A stretch of 64,000 nucleotides of DNA from Sneathiella sp. (GTDB lineage Bacteria; Pseudomonadota; Alphaproteobacteria; Sneathiellales; Sneathiellaceae), in contig JAIOYL010000001.1 in assembly GCA_021741195.1 (NCBI GenBank), positions 930 through 64,929 on the forward strand, given 5' to 3'. Shown here piece by piece: positions 8,456 through 17,352 of the stretch; position 1 is the stretch's first letter; each line of letters begins with the position of its first letter. A program made the position numbers and the translations under genes. The notes under the pieces are model-generated. The model was not told where the DNA came from and ran no database searches. It worked only from the letters and a program-made list of their open reading frames with translations.

Positions 8456-10258
8456 TTGAGTGATCTGTTACCCGAGCTGCCTATGAAATCCGCTGCCGTT
8501 GCGTTATATGGCAGGCTTCTGCGTGACTATGTGATGAGTTATAAATGGCGGTTGTCTGCGGCGGTATTTTTTATGATCGTCAGCGCGATGACTTCAGCGG
8601 CCACGGCATTTGTGATGAAACCGATCGTCGATGAAGTCTTTTTTGAAAAGAATTCGGAATTCGTCCTGTACACAACTCTTGCCGTTATCGCCATATTTAC
8701 GGTGCGGGGGGTTGCAACCTACGGACAGACCATCGTCATGGACTGGGTTGGAACGCGGGTCGTGTCGGACATTCAGAAGGACCTGTTCAAGAGGCTTGTT
8801 TTCGCCGACCTGGCTTGGTTTCACAATAACCCGTCGGGCAATCTTGTTTCGCGTTTCGTATTCGACACCAATTTTTTGAAAACCGTGGCGACGCAAACAC
8901 TGGTTGTCATGACGAAAGATAGTCTGTCGGCGATCTTTCTGATCGCTTCGTTATTTTATTATGACTGGAAAATGGCGCTGTTTATCCTGATTGCCTTGCC
9001 ACCAGGTGCGCTCGCCATCCGACAACTTGGCAAACGTTCACGTAAGGCCGCACACAAAGTTTTAGAGCAAACAGCCGGTTTCAGCTCATTCCTTGAAGAA
9101 AATTTTCAAGGAATACGTGTCGTCAAGGCCTATAGCCGGGAGCAACAAGCGACGCGGCAGGGCGATGAAGTTATTGAGGGTCGCTTCAAGTATCAGTATA
9201 AATCGCTTCGGATTGAAGCCTCGAGCGGTCCGATCGTCGAGACGCTGGCCGGATTAATGATTGCTGGCGTCATCTTCTACGGCGCGAGCAATGTTCTCGC
9301 GGGAGTGACGACGCCGGGTACATTTTTCGCGTTTGTTACAGCCGTGATGCTCGCCTATCAGCCAGTCAAGAGCGTCGCCAAGATTTTCCCGCGAATGCAA
9401 AGCGGGCTGGCGGCGGCGCATAGGATATTTATGCTGCTTGATATCCGGCATAAGGTTGTTGACAAGCCGAGTGCAACACCGCTTGAATTTCACAAGGGAG
9501 AAGTGGAGTTCCGCCATGTACGCTTTGCCTATAATCCGGATGAGGTTGTTCTAAAAGATATTTCCCTGAAAATTGGGGCGGGAAAAAGAGTTGCTCTGGT
9601 TGGTCCTTCCGGGGGCGGAAAATCAACTATCCTTAATCTAATCCCGCGCTTTTATGACGTTGGCGCGGGCGATATCCTGATCGACGGCCAGAACATTCGT
9701 GATGTCACTTTAAGCTCGTTACGCCGGAATATTGCGCTCGTCAGCCAGGATGTTTTTCTATTTGACGACACAATCAGAGCAAATATCGCCTATGGCCGGG
9801 AAAATGCGACGGAGGATGAGATCATCGCAGCAGCGAAATCCGCTGCTGTTCACGGGTTCGTCTCCGCTCTGCCGAAAGGGTATGACACCCTTGTCGGCAG
9901 CCAGGGAGTCCGATTGTCGGGGGGGCAGAAACAGAGGATAGCAATTGCCCGCGCCATGCTGAAGGATGCGCCGATTCTGTTGCTTGATGAGGCGACGTCC
10001 GCGCTCGATACGGAATCGGAACGAAAGATACAGGTTGCTCTCAAACACCTGATGAAGGGGCGGACGTCGCTTGTCATTGCGCATCGACTATCAACTATTC
10101 TGGATGCGGACATGATCAATGTTGTTGTCGCCGGTGAAATTGTCGAGACAGGCTCCCATGACCAGCTTCTCATGCAAAAAGGCGTCTATGCCGACCTATA
10201 CAATAATCAGTTTGCCTTTGAAGGAAGTGTCACGCCGTTTCGGGAAATCAAGACCTAG
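8456..10258 (+). CDS. msbA: Lipid A export ABC transporter, MsbA-like
   Basis: TMD-NBD fusion. GPSGGGKST, LSGGQKQR, LLLDEATSALD and IAHRL motifs. Next to a GT9 gene. Confidence 0.8.
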   Translation: MSDLLPELPMKSAAVALYGRLLRDYVMSYKWRLSAAVFFMIVSAMTSAATAFVMKPIVDEVFFEKNSEFVLYTTLAVIAIFTVRGVATYGQTIVMDWVGTRVVSDIQKDLFKRLVFADLAWFHNNPSGNLVSRFVFDTNFLKTVATQTLVVMTKDSLSAIFLIASLFYYDWKMALFILIALPPGALAIRQLGKRSRKAAHKVLEQTAGFSSFLEENFQGIRVVKAYSREQQATRQGDEVIEGRFKYQYKSLRIEASSGPIVETLAGLMIAGVIFYGASNVLAGVTTPGTFFAFVTAVMLAYQPVKSVAKIFPRMQSGLAAAHRIFMLLDIRHKVVDKPSATPLEFHKGEVEFRHVRFAYNPDEVVLKDISLKIGAGKRVALVGPSGGGKSTILNLIPRFYDVGAGDILIDGQNIRDVTLSSLRRNIALVSQDVFLFDDTIRANIAYGRENATEDEIIAAAKSAAVHGFVSALPKGYDTLVGSQGVRLSGGQKQRIAIARAMLKDAPILLLDEATSALDTESERKIQVALKHLMKGRTSLVIAHRLSTILDADMINVVVAGEIVETGSHDQLLMQKGVYADLYNNQFAFEGSVTPFREIKT

Positions 10259-11225
10259 GGTCAGGACCCGCAGCCTTGGAAATGCTGCGATAGAAATTTT
10301 CGATTTCATGCAATACCCGGTCAAAGGGAAGGGGTTCTTCGTCAGTCTCTTCTGAATTCGAAGTCGGTCGCGTTACCGGCGTGCCGGCCGGTTCACTTTT
10401 AAGGCATAAGGTGCAATCGCCCCAGGGACCATAAACATCAGGCTTTCCGATCCCGAAGAGGCCGACGGTCGGAATATTTACGGCGACGGCGATATGCATC
10501 AGGCCGGAATCATTGCCAACGAAGAGATCGCATTGCGAGAGAATCGTTGCGGCTTCCATCGGTGTTGTTTTGCCAACAAGATTAATGACCTGCTGTTCGG
10601 GGAGCGCGTTCACCACTGGCATAGCCTGAGCTTCCTCTCCGGGTGCACCGAAGACGACGACACGAGCGCCCTCCAATATGCCGCCGACACCGGTTATCAA
10701 CTTCGCCAGCTTGATATAATTCTCATAATGCCATTGCTTTTGATAGAAATTGGCTGTTGGCGCAAGCGCCAGAATCTTTCTCCGGCCTTGCCGTGGACCA
10801 AGCCATTTTGTGGAGGTTTCGAGTTGCGCGTTTGTTGGAACAATACGCGGCGGCAACGGAAAATCGAGCCCAATCACATTCGCATTGGCAAGCGCCTTAT
10901 GAAGGTCATCCCTGCCGCCTTTCCAGATATGGTGATGGCGCGCCGGCAGAAAACCCAGAAGCGAGCCTCGAAAATCGACGATTCGATGCCAGTAGACCGG
11001 GCCAAGCGCGAGTGCAACTTCCGGCCAGTGGAGGCTGAAACGCCGCTTCTTCACTCCGATGACGCGGGCAACTCCCGGAATAGCTTCGAATATGCTTGTC
11101 GGGATGTCACCGCAGACAACTGTGATCGGGATTTCCGGCTCTTGTTCAAGGAGATAGTGCAAGACGCCTGTCGTCAGCACAGCATCTCCTAACCGGTTCG
11201 AGGCGACAAATAACGTTCGCTTCAT
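10248..11225 (-). CDS. Glycosyltransferase family 9 (LPS heptosyltransferase-like)
   Basis: SNRLGDAVLTT N-terminal motif, FVGNDSGLMHIAVA, TVGLFG. Confidence 0.9.
   Translation of the reverse strand: MKRTLFVASNRLGDAVLTTGVLHYLLEQEPEIPITVVCGDIPTSIFEAIPGVARVIGVKKRRFSLHWPEVALALGPVYWHRIVDFRGSLLGFLPARHHHIWKGGRDDLHKALANANVIGLDFPLPPRIVPTNAQLETSTKWLGPRQGRRKILALAPTANFYQKQWHYENYIKLAKLITGVGGILEGARVVVFGAPGEEAQAMPVVNALPEQQVINLVGKTTPMEAATILSQCDLFVGNDSGLMHIAVAVNIPTVGLFGIGKPDVYGPWGDCTLCLKSEPAGTPVTRPTSNSEETDEEPLPFDRVLHEIENFYRSISKAAGPDPRS
10255..10269 (+). repeat. CTAGGGT-N3-GACCC motif copy 1 (CTAGGGTCAGGACCC)
   Basis: Contains the msbA TAG stop. 12/15 positions are invariant across the three copies. Confidence 0.8.
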
Positions 11226-11393
11226 GAAAAAACCTTTGAAAACAAACTTTGGTACCGGCTACATATACGATTATGCTCAGTGCCTCCATGATTTTCAGCT
11301 TAACGGGAATAAGAGCGGAAAATTTTTATCAATCTGTTATGGGATAAGATTTGCGCCAAGATATGACGCAATAACAATTTAGGAGTTAAAGCA

Positions 11394-11915
11394 TTGGCAA
11401 AAAATATTAATTTTAAACGATTTGCGACAGATGCGCGCATCTCCCTGTTATGGATAGCAATTATTTTCCTTTCCGCCGTGAATGTAACCCTAACCCATGC
11501 AGATGAAATGAATATGAAGATCATGGGAAAGATCAAATCTGAGAAGGGAGCAATTTACTTCAGCCCCGGAGATTTGGCGGCATCCAAGCCAACCGAAATA
11601 GTTACAACCAGCCCCTGGACGACGGGGAAAACGACGTTTCGTGGTGTATTGCTGCGCGATATCCTGAAGTCGGTTGACGCGAAGGGCACAATGTTGAAGG
11701 TTTCAGCCATTGATGACTACACGGTTGAAATACCGATCTCGGATGCCGAAAAATACGACGTTATCATTGCCTATAAAATGAACGGGCAATGGTTGGAGGA
11801 TGGCGTTTATGCGCCGTTCTGGATCATTTATCCGTATGATAGCGGCAAAAATCTTGCAGAGGAAAAATATTACGGTCGCTCAATCTGGCAATTGACGAAG
11901 ATTGTGGTCGAGTAG
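11394..11915 (+). CDS. Periplasmic oxidoreductase molybdopterin-binding-domain-like protein
   Basis: TTG start with AGGAG RBS and an N-terminal hydrophobic signal. TTSPWT, FRGVLLRDIL, AIDDY, WIIYP and RSIWQL motifs. Confidence 0.7.
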   Translation: MAKNINFKRFATDARISLLWIAIIFLSAVNVTLTHADEMNMKIMGKIKSEKGAIYFSPGDLAASKPTEIVTTSPWTTGKTTFRGVLLRDILKSVDAKGTMLKVSAIDDYTVEIPISDAEKYDVIIAYKMNGQWLEDGVYAPFWIIYPYDSGKNLAEEKYYGRSIWQLTKIVVE

Positions 11916-11951
11916 CCATCACGGTGTTTTTTTATAACGCTGACACCTGAT

Positions 11952-12596
11952 ATGGACGACGACTACGTTGAAAAGAACTGGTGGCTTGTTCGGCATATGC
12001 CTGTAGCCTCGAAAACGATCTACGGCCATTTGGACCTGCCAGCGGCTTTTTCCGATCGTCGAAGGCTTAAGGAGCTGGCGGGACAGCTTCCGGGTGACGG
12101 TTCGTTTTTCTCCAGTGATCTCATTCGTTGCACGGAAACAATGCGGCAGATACTGGCGGTTATGGCAATCGATGATCCGCGCTGTATTGAGCTGCCCAGG
12201 CTTCGTGAGCAATCTTTCGGGAACTGGGAGGGGCGAACCTACAGTGAAATCGAGCGTGATGATCCGAAAATGTACAAGTCGTTCTGGGAAGATCCGGCGG
12301 CCAGCAGACCGGTGGGAGGTGAGAGCTTCAATGAGATGGTCATCAGAGTACAGGGAACGCTCGCCGAACTTTTGAGTGCGCATAATGACAATAATATCGT
12401 TATTGTTGCTCATGCGGGCACAATAAGGGCGGCAGTCGGAATGGCCCTTGATCTTGAGCCGCAGAAGATGTTGTCTCTTTCAGTTTCGCCTCTCTCGCTC
12501 ACCCGTCTAACATCTTTCAGTAAGGGCGTAGAGACGAACTGGCAGGTAAGTTGCGTCAATGATTGTGGCGCGTCGCGCTTGCCTTCGAGGGATTAG
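11952..12596 (+). CDS. Histidine phosphatase family protein (CobC/alpha-ribazole phosphatase-like)
   Basis: LVRH, SSDLIRC, LREQSFGNWEG, GESF and VAHAGTIR motifs. Adjacent to cobT. Confidence 0.8.
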   Translation: MDDDYVEKNWWLVRHMPVASKTIYGHLDLPAAFSDRRRLKELAGQLPGDGSFFSSDLIRCTETMRQILAVMAIDDPRCIELPRLREQSFGNWEGRTYSEIERDDPKMYKSFWEDPAASRPVGGESFNEMVIRVQGTLAELLSAHNDNNIVIVAHAGTIRAAVGMALDLEPQKMLSLSVSPLSLTRLTSFSKGVETNWQVSCVNDCGASRLPSRD

Positions 12597-12611
12597 AAGG
12601 TGTGGGGAGAG

Positions 12612-13631
12612 CTACGCCGACGCTTCGCCGCTGACACCCGCATCGGCAAAACTCGCCATCCCGTTATGGGTCGCGACGGCGCCTTTAATAATTCCGAGGG
12701 CAAGCGCTGCGCCGGAACCCTCACCAAGCCGCATCCCGAGTGAAAGAAGGGCTTCCTTTTTTAAGTTCCGGAGAAGATTTATGTGGCCGGGCTCCGCCGA
12801 CACATGGGCCGCGACGCAGTGATCAAGGGCTTCAGGGTTCGCCTTGTAAAGGACCGCTGCCGCCGAGCAGGCGACATAGCCATCAAGAAGAACGGGGATG
12901 GTTTTGTGCCGTGCTGCCAGGATTGCGCCGGCCATCGCCGCAATTTCCCGTCCTCCCAGATGCTGAAGAACCTTGAGAGGATCACCGAGGATTGCCCTGT
13001 GGCGGGCGATGCCTGCATCAATGACCGCAGCCTTCTTCTGGACACCTGTTGTTGATATGCCAGTGCCTGGCCCCGCCCAGTCCACTCCTGTGCCACCAAA
13101 AAGGGCAGCCGAAAGGGCAGCTGCGACAGTCGTATTGCCAATTCCCATTTCCCCGACGACAAGGATATCCGTATTTTTGTCAACGGCGTTCCAGCCGGTT
13201 TCCATAGCGTTCGCGCATTCGTTTTCGGTCATGGCAGGACCCTGGCTAAAGTCAGCTGTGGGGCGGCCAAGATCGAGTGCTTTCACGGAGAAATAGGCAT
13301 CAAAGGCAATGGCGAGTTGGTTGATTGCCGCGCCGCCCGCATTGAAATTAGCGACCATCTGCGCCGTGACTTCCTGGGGAAATGCAGATACGCCCTGATC
13401 GCATACGCCGTGATTTCCCGCAAAAACAATAACCTGGGGGTGAGCGTAAGTCGGCGGATGCTGCCCTTGCCAACCGGACATCCAGACAGCAAGTTCCTCG
13501 AGTTTACCGAGTGCACCCGCCGGCTTTGTCAGAACTGCATCGCGCGCCAGCGCCCTGTCGGCGGTGGCCTGATTGATCCCGGGCAAATTTGAAAGATGCT
13601 GCTGAAATTTTTCTAAAGGAGAGGCAGTCAT
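12612..13631 (-). CDS. cobT: Nicotinate-nucleotide--dimethylbenzimidazole phosphoribosyltransferase
   Basis: LTKPAGALGKLEEL, FAGNHGV, GEMGIGNTT, LGMRLGEGSGAALA. Likely start MTASP at 13631. Confidence 0.95.
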   Translation of the reverse strand: MTASPLEKFQQHLSNLPGINQATADRALARDAVLTKPAGALGKLEELAVWMSGWQGQHPPTYAHPQVIVFAGNHGVCDQGVSAFPQEVTAQMVANFNAGGAAINQLAIAFDAYFSVKALDLGRPTADFSQGPAMTENECANAMETGWNAVDKNTDILVVGEMGIGNTTVAAALSAALFGGTGVDWAGPGTGISTTGVQKKAAVIDAGIARHRAILGDPLKVLQHLGGREIAAMAGAILAARHKTIPVLLDGYVACSAAAVLYKANPEALDHCVAAHVSAEPGHINLLRNLKKEALLSLGMRLGEGSGAALALGIIKGAVATHNGMASFADAGVSGEASA

Positions 13632-13844
13632 ATGCAGAAAATCCTGACAACAAGGAGGGACTGAAAACTGCCGCCATTCTAGGCATGCACGGAAAGATTG
13701 CAATCCATAGAACAAAATAAGATGCACGGCAGGAGAAATATGATCTTGCCATTACATTAGGAAATGCCTAATTATTTAGAACGATCATTCCAAAAATTCG
13801 AGTGAAATGACGAGAATGTGAATATTAAAAAAGGGAACTGACAG

Positions 13845-14375
13845 ATGAAAAATGAAAAACTGGCTGCGGGTGCAAAATTTCCGCTCATGACTCTGCCTGG
13901 CGTCTCGGGAAGTGAGATTACAATAGGCGGCGGCAACGGGTGGGACAGGTGGCAGCTTGTTGTTGTCTATCGCGGCAAGCATTGCCCCATCTGCAAACGC
14001 TACCTCGCGACGCTTGAAGAATTGAAAGCGGAGTTCGAAGCGGAGAATATCGACGTTATTGCAATCTCCGGTGATGGTCTTGAAAAAGCCGGCGTACAGG
14101 TTGAAGAAGGGGCTCTGACTTATCCGGTGGCTTATGATATGTCGCTCGATCAAATGGCTAAGCTTGGCTTATATATATCAGATCCAAGGTCTCCGGAGGA
14201 AACAGATAGGCCTTTTCCGGAACCCGCCCTTTTCGGCATTAGGCCAGACGGCGTAATTCAGATAATCGATATTTCAAATGCACCGTTTGCGAGACCGGAG
14301 TTGGGAGCGATCCTGAAAGGCCTTAAATTTATCCGTGAAAAAGCCTATCCGGTCCGCGGTACGCATGGTGCCTGA
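13845..14375 (+). CDS. AhpC/TSA-like redoxin family protein
   Basis: YRGKHCPIC (CxxC), IAISGD, FPEPALF thioredoxin-fold motifs. Confidence 0.85.
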   Translation: MKNEKLAAGAKFPLMTLPGVSGSEITIGGGNGWDRWQLVVVYRGKHCPICKRYLATLEELKAEFEAENIDVIAISGDGLEKAGVQVEEGALTYPVAYDMSLDQMAKLGLYISDPRSPEETDRPFPEPALFGIRPDGVIQIIDISNAPFARPELGAILKGLKFIREKAYPVRGTHGA

Positions 14376-14653
14376 GCCCTGAATTTTTACGGCCTTCATG
14401 AAACCGTCTAAATCGAAAATTTTATGAACATTCGTAATTTAAGTTGAAATAATAAATTAATATACGAATATAAAGAGTGATATCGTAGGATGGTGTATTC
14501 GGTCCGGCGGACTTGTCGCTTTAAAAAAAGAAATAAATATATGATCACGAAACATGGCTGCCAGACGTTTTTTCGTTAGCACGTTGGGACATGTCATTCG
14601 AACGGTCGTAAAAATGAAGTTATTGCAGGGTTGGAGAGTGGGGAATTAGGTAA

Positions 14654-15154
14654 ATGCGCGATCAAGAGACACCTGCTCACTCTGATAAGGGCGTTAGACG
14701 AGGCGTTGAATGTAAAGTCAAATGGTTTAATACGACAAAAGGGTTTGGGTTCGTTGCGCCATTGGACGGCACTGCGGATGCCTTTGTACATATTTCTGTC
14801 TTGCAGCATATAAACATGCAGGGATTGCCGGAAGGAGCCGCAATTATCTGCGACCTTCTTCCCGGTGAACGAGGGTTGCAGGTGATGAAAATTCTCGATC
14901 TGGGGCCAGCTCCTGTATTGGCCCAGTCGAATGCCGAAGCCGAATTCGTTGAAGGAACCGTGAAGTTTTTCAATAGCCAGAAAGGGTTCGGTTTTGTGAC
15001 GCCGGATGACGGCAGCCTGGATATCTTTGTCCATATGAAGGCACTCGAAAAATCCGGTCTGGGTGTGCTGGAAGCGGGCCAGCATGTCCGGTTGACCGTT
15101 TCTGATAGTCAAAAAGGCCCATCTGCCGAAGGAATTCAAATTCTTGGCGCATGA
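14654..15154 (+). CDS. Cold-shock protein with two CSD domains
   Basis: Two repeats of VKWFN/VKFFN..KGFGF..D.FVH. Long AT-rich leader. Confidence 0.9.
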   Translation: MRDQETPAHSDKGVRRGVECKVKWFNTTKGFGFVAPLDGTADAFVHISVLQHINMQGLPEGAAIICDLLPGERGLQVMKILDLGPAPVLAQSNAEAEFVEGTVKFFNSQKGFGFVTPDDGSLDIFVHMKALEKSGLGVLEAGQHVRLTVSDSQKGPSAEGIQILGA

Positions 15155-15291
15155 TTGCGGGCTTACTGCCTGTTCTGAAAAGCACCGGCCCTAAAGCCAT
15201 TGCCAAATCAGGAAAGAAAGGGCACTCTTGCCGCTGAAGCGGGATGTAAATACACCTGAAAAAATAAAAATAACGATCAGGAGGAAGTGTC

Positions 15292-16482
15292 ATGTCAAAT
15301 ATTTTATCGGGTTTCCGGGTACTTGATTTCGGCCGTTATATCGCCGGACCCTATTGCGCAACGGTTCTGGCCGATTTTGGGGCGGAAGTTATCCGTATCG
15401 AAAAACTGACGGGCAGCGAAGACCGCTATATCGCACCCCTCAATGAAGAGCAAACCGGCGACGGTGGCCTGTTCCTGCAGATGGCGCAGAATAAACTCGG
15501 CATGACGCTTAATCCGATGAAGCCTGAAGGACGCGATGTGGTCAAACGGCTGGTGAAGACGGCAGATATCGTTGTTGCCAATCTGCCCATCGAGACCCTG
15601 ACCGCGATGGGTCTCGATTATGAAAGCCTTAAAGCGGTCAAAGACGATATTATTCTTGTTCACGGCTCCGCTTTCGGTGACGAAGGTCCCTACAAGAACC
15701 GAGTCGGGTTTGACGGCCTTGGTCAGGCGATGTCCGGCGCCATGTATCTGTCCGGCAGCGAGGGCGAGCCGCGCAAGCTTTATGGCCCCTGGGTGGATTT
15801 TACGACTGCCTTGATGGGGGCTCTTGGGGCAATGGCGGCGTTGCGTCACCGGGATATGACAGGAGAAGGACAAGTTGTCGGGACCTCGCTATTCGGGTCC
15901 GCTATTCTGATTTCCAGCGTGTCGTTGTTGGAGCAGGAAATGCTGAAGCTCAACCGGGTTGGCACGGCAAACCGCGCTCAGGGCGCGGGGCCTGCGGATA
16001 CCTTTAAAACAAAGGACGGCTGGGTATTGGTGCAGTCGCTTGGCTGGCCGCTGTTTGAGCGTTGGACGAAACTTATCGGGGAAGACCATTGGCTGAGTGA
16101 TCCACGGTTTGACACTGATCAGAAGCGGGGCGACAATAATCATATCCTGTCAGAGCGGATGGCCAAATGGTGCGCGGAGAGGACGACGAAAGAGGCGATC
16201 GCGGAAATGGATGCGGTGAGACTTCCTTGTGGCCCTGTCATGTCGCCGCAGGAGGTATTGGAGGATCCGCATCTGGCTGCCATGGGACTGATGACGCGCG
16301 TTGCGTATCCAGGTTTCAATAAAGGTGTCCCGCTGACGGAATTGCCGATCAAGATGTCGAAAACGGATACAAAGCTAAAACACCGTGCGCCGACACTGGG
16401 TGAGCATACGGATCAGGTCATGGAAAGTCTTGGTTATTCCGCAGATGAAATTGCGGACCTCAGGTCCAAACGCGTTATCTAG
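15292..16482 (+). CDS. CoA-transferase family III (CaiB/BaiF)
   Basis: LSGFRVLDFGRYIAGP, LADFGAEVIRIE, RAPTLGEHTDQV. Confidence 0.92.
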   Translation: MSNILSGFRVLDFGRYIAGPYCATVLADFGAEVIRIEKLTGSEDRYIAPLNEEQTGDGGLFLQMAQNKLGMTLNPMKPEGRDVVKRLVKTADIVVANLPIETLTAMGLDYESLKAVKDDIILVHGSAFGDEGPYKNRVGFDGLGQAMSGAMYLSGSEGEPRKLYGPWVDFTTALMGALGAMAALRHRDMTGEGQVVGTSLFGSAILISSVSLLEQEMLKLNRVGTANRAQGAGPADTFKTKDGWVLVQSLGWPLFERWTKLIGEDHWLSDPRFDTDQKRGDNNHILSERMAKWCAERTTKEAIAEMDAVRLPCGPVMSPQEVLEDPHLAAMGLMTRVAYPGFNKGVPLTELPIKMSKTDTKLKHRAPTLGEHTDQVMESLGYSADEIADLRSKRVI

Positions 16483-16493
16483 GGTCATGACCC
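16479..16493 (+). repeat. CTAGGGT-N3-GACCC motif copy 2 (CTAGGGTCATGACCC)
   Basis: Contains the CoA-transferase TAG stop. GGGTCATGACCC is a perfect palindrome. Confidence 0.8.
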
Positions 16494-16506
16494 CGGCTTC
16501 CGGTGA

Positions 16507-17196
16507 TTATTGCGGCAGCCAATGATCAAGGAAATTATTGAGCCAGGCCTTTAAACCAGGGTCGTACCTGCGTCGACCTTCAAACTGGGCCTCTGCGGAT
16601 TGCGCGCCCGGATCTGACAGCATATGGGCGGCTTTTGTCGCCCATCGCCTGTTCATGGCCTCTGTTACTTCAGGATGAAACTGGATGCCATAGGCATTTT
16701 TACCAACCCGGTAGGCTTGGTTGGGGAAAATATCGCCCGTCGCGAGCAAGGTTGCATCTGCGGGAAGATCGAAGCCTTCGCGGTGCCACTGATAGGCCTG
16801 CAGGGGTTCGGTAAAAAGAGGACTTCCCTTGTCGGTCGGTGTCAGCAGGTAATAGCCGATTTCGCGCATGCCTAGCCCATGTTCACATACTTTCGCTCCA
16901 AGCGCACGGGCCATGATCTGTGCGCCAAGACAGATGCCCAAATAGGGTGTCTCAGACTGCAGGATCAGATCGACCAGTTTCGTCTCTTCGCGAATAAATT
17001 CTTCATGATCATCATTGGCGCTCATGGGGCCACCGAATATGACGGCGGCGGTATGATCATCCATTGCTTTGGGGAGCGGATCACCGATTGCGGGAATGCG
17101 CATATCGAGCTCGAACCCTCGGGTTCGAAGCGCTTCACCGACACGGCCGGGATCGGAAGTCGCTTGATGCAGGACGAGAAGAACTTTTTTTGGCAT
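16507..17196 (-). CDS. Class I glutamine amidotransferase-like protein
   Basis: GGPMSAND, LGICLGAQ (nucleophile Cys), QWHREGF, GIQFHPE (His-x-Glu). Confidence 0.9.
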   Translation of the reverse strand: MPKKVLLVLHQATSDPGRVGEALRTRGFELDMRIPAIGDPLPKAMDDHTAAVIFGGPMSANDDHEEFIREETKLVDLILQSETPYLGICLGAQIMARALGAKVCEHGLGMREIGYYLLTPTDKGSPLFTEPLQAYQWHREGFDLPADATLLATGDIFPNQAYRVGKNAYGIQFHPEVTEAMNRRWATKAAHMLSDPGAQSAEAQFEGRRRYDPGLKAWLNNFLDHWLPQ

Positions 17197-17352
17197 TTTT
17201 TAACTACACATACCCTGACTTAAATAGTGAATAACGCCATCGCCCCGCTATAGTTTAGCTTTCCTTCCGCGAGAGACAAGACCATATGCGGATATTATGC
17301 GAAAATGATTTCCAATTACTTACTTACTTATGTGGTTTATGGAGGTGGGAAT

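Noticed and set aside
13785-13796. Irr/ICE-like TTTAGAA...TTCCAAA upstream of the redoxin (about 13776-13795)
   Set aside because: The spacer is 6 nt rather than the 3 nt of the ICE consensus.
11226-13844. Cobalamin riboswitch near the cobC-like and cobT genes
   Set aside because: No B12-box or GGGAA...GCCACTG-type elements in the flanking intergenic regions.
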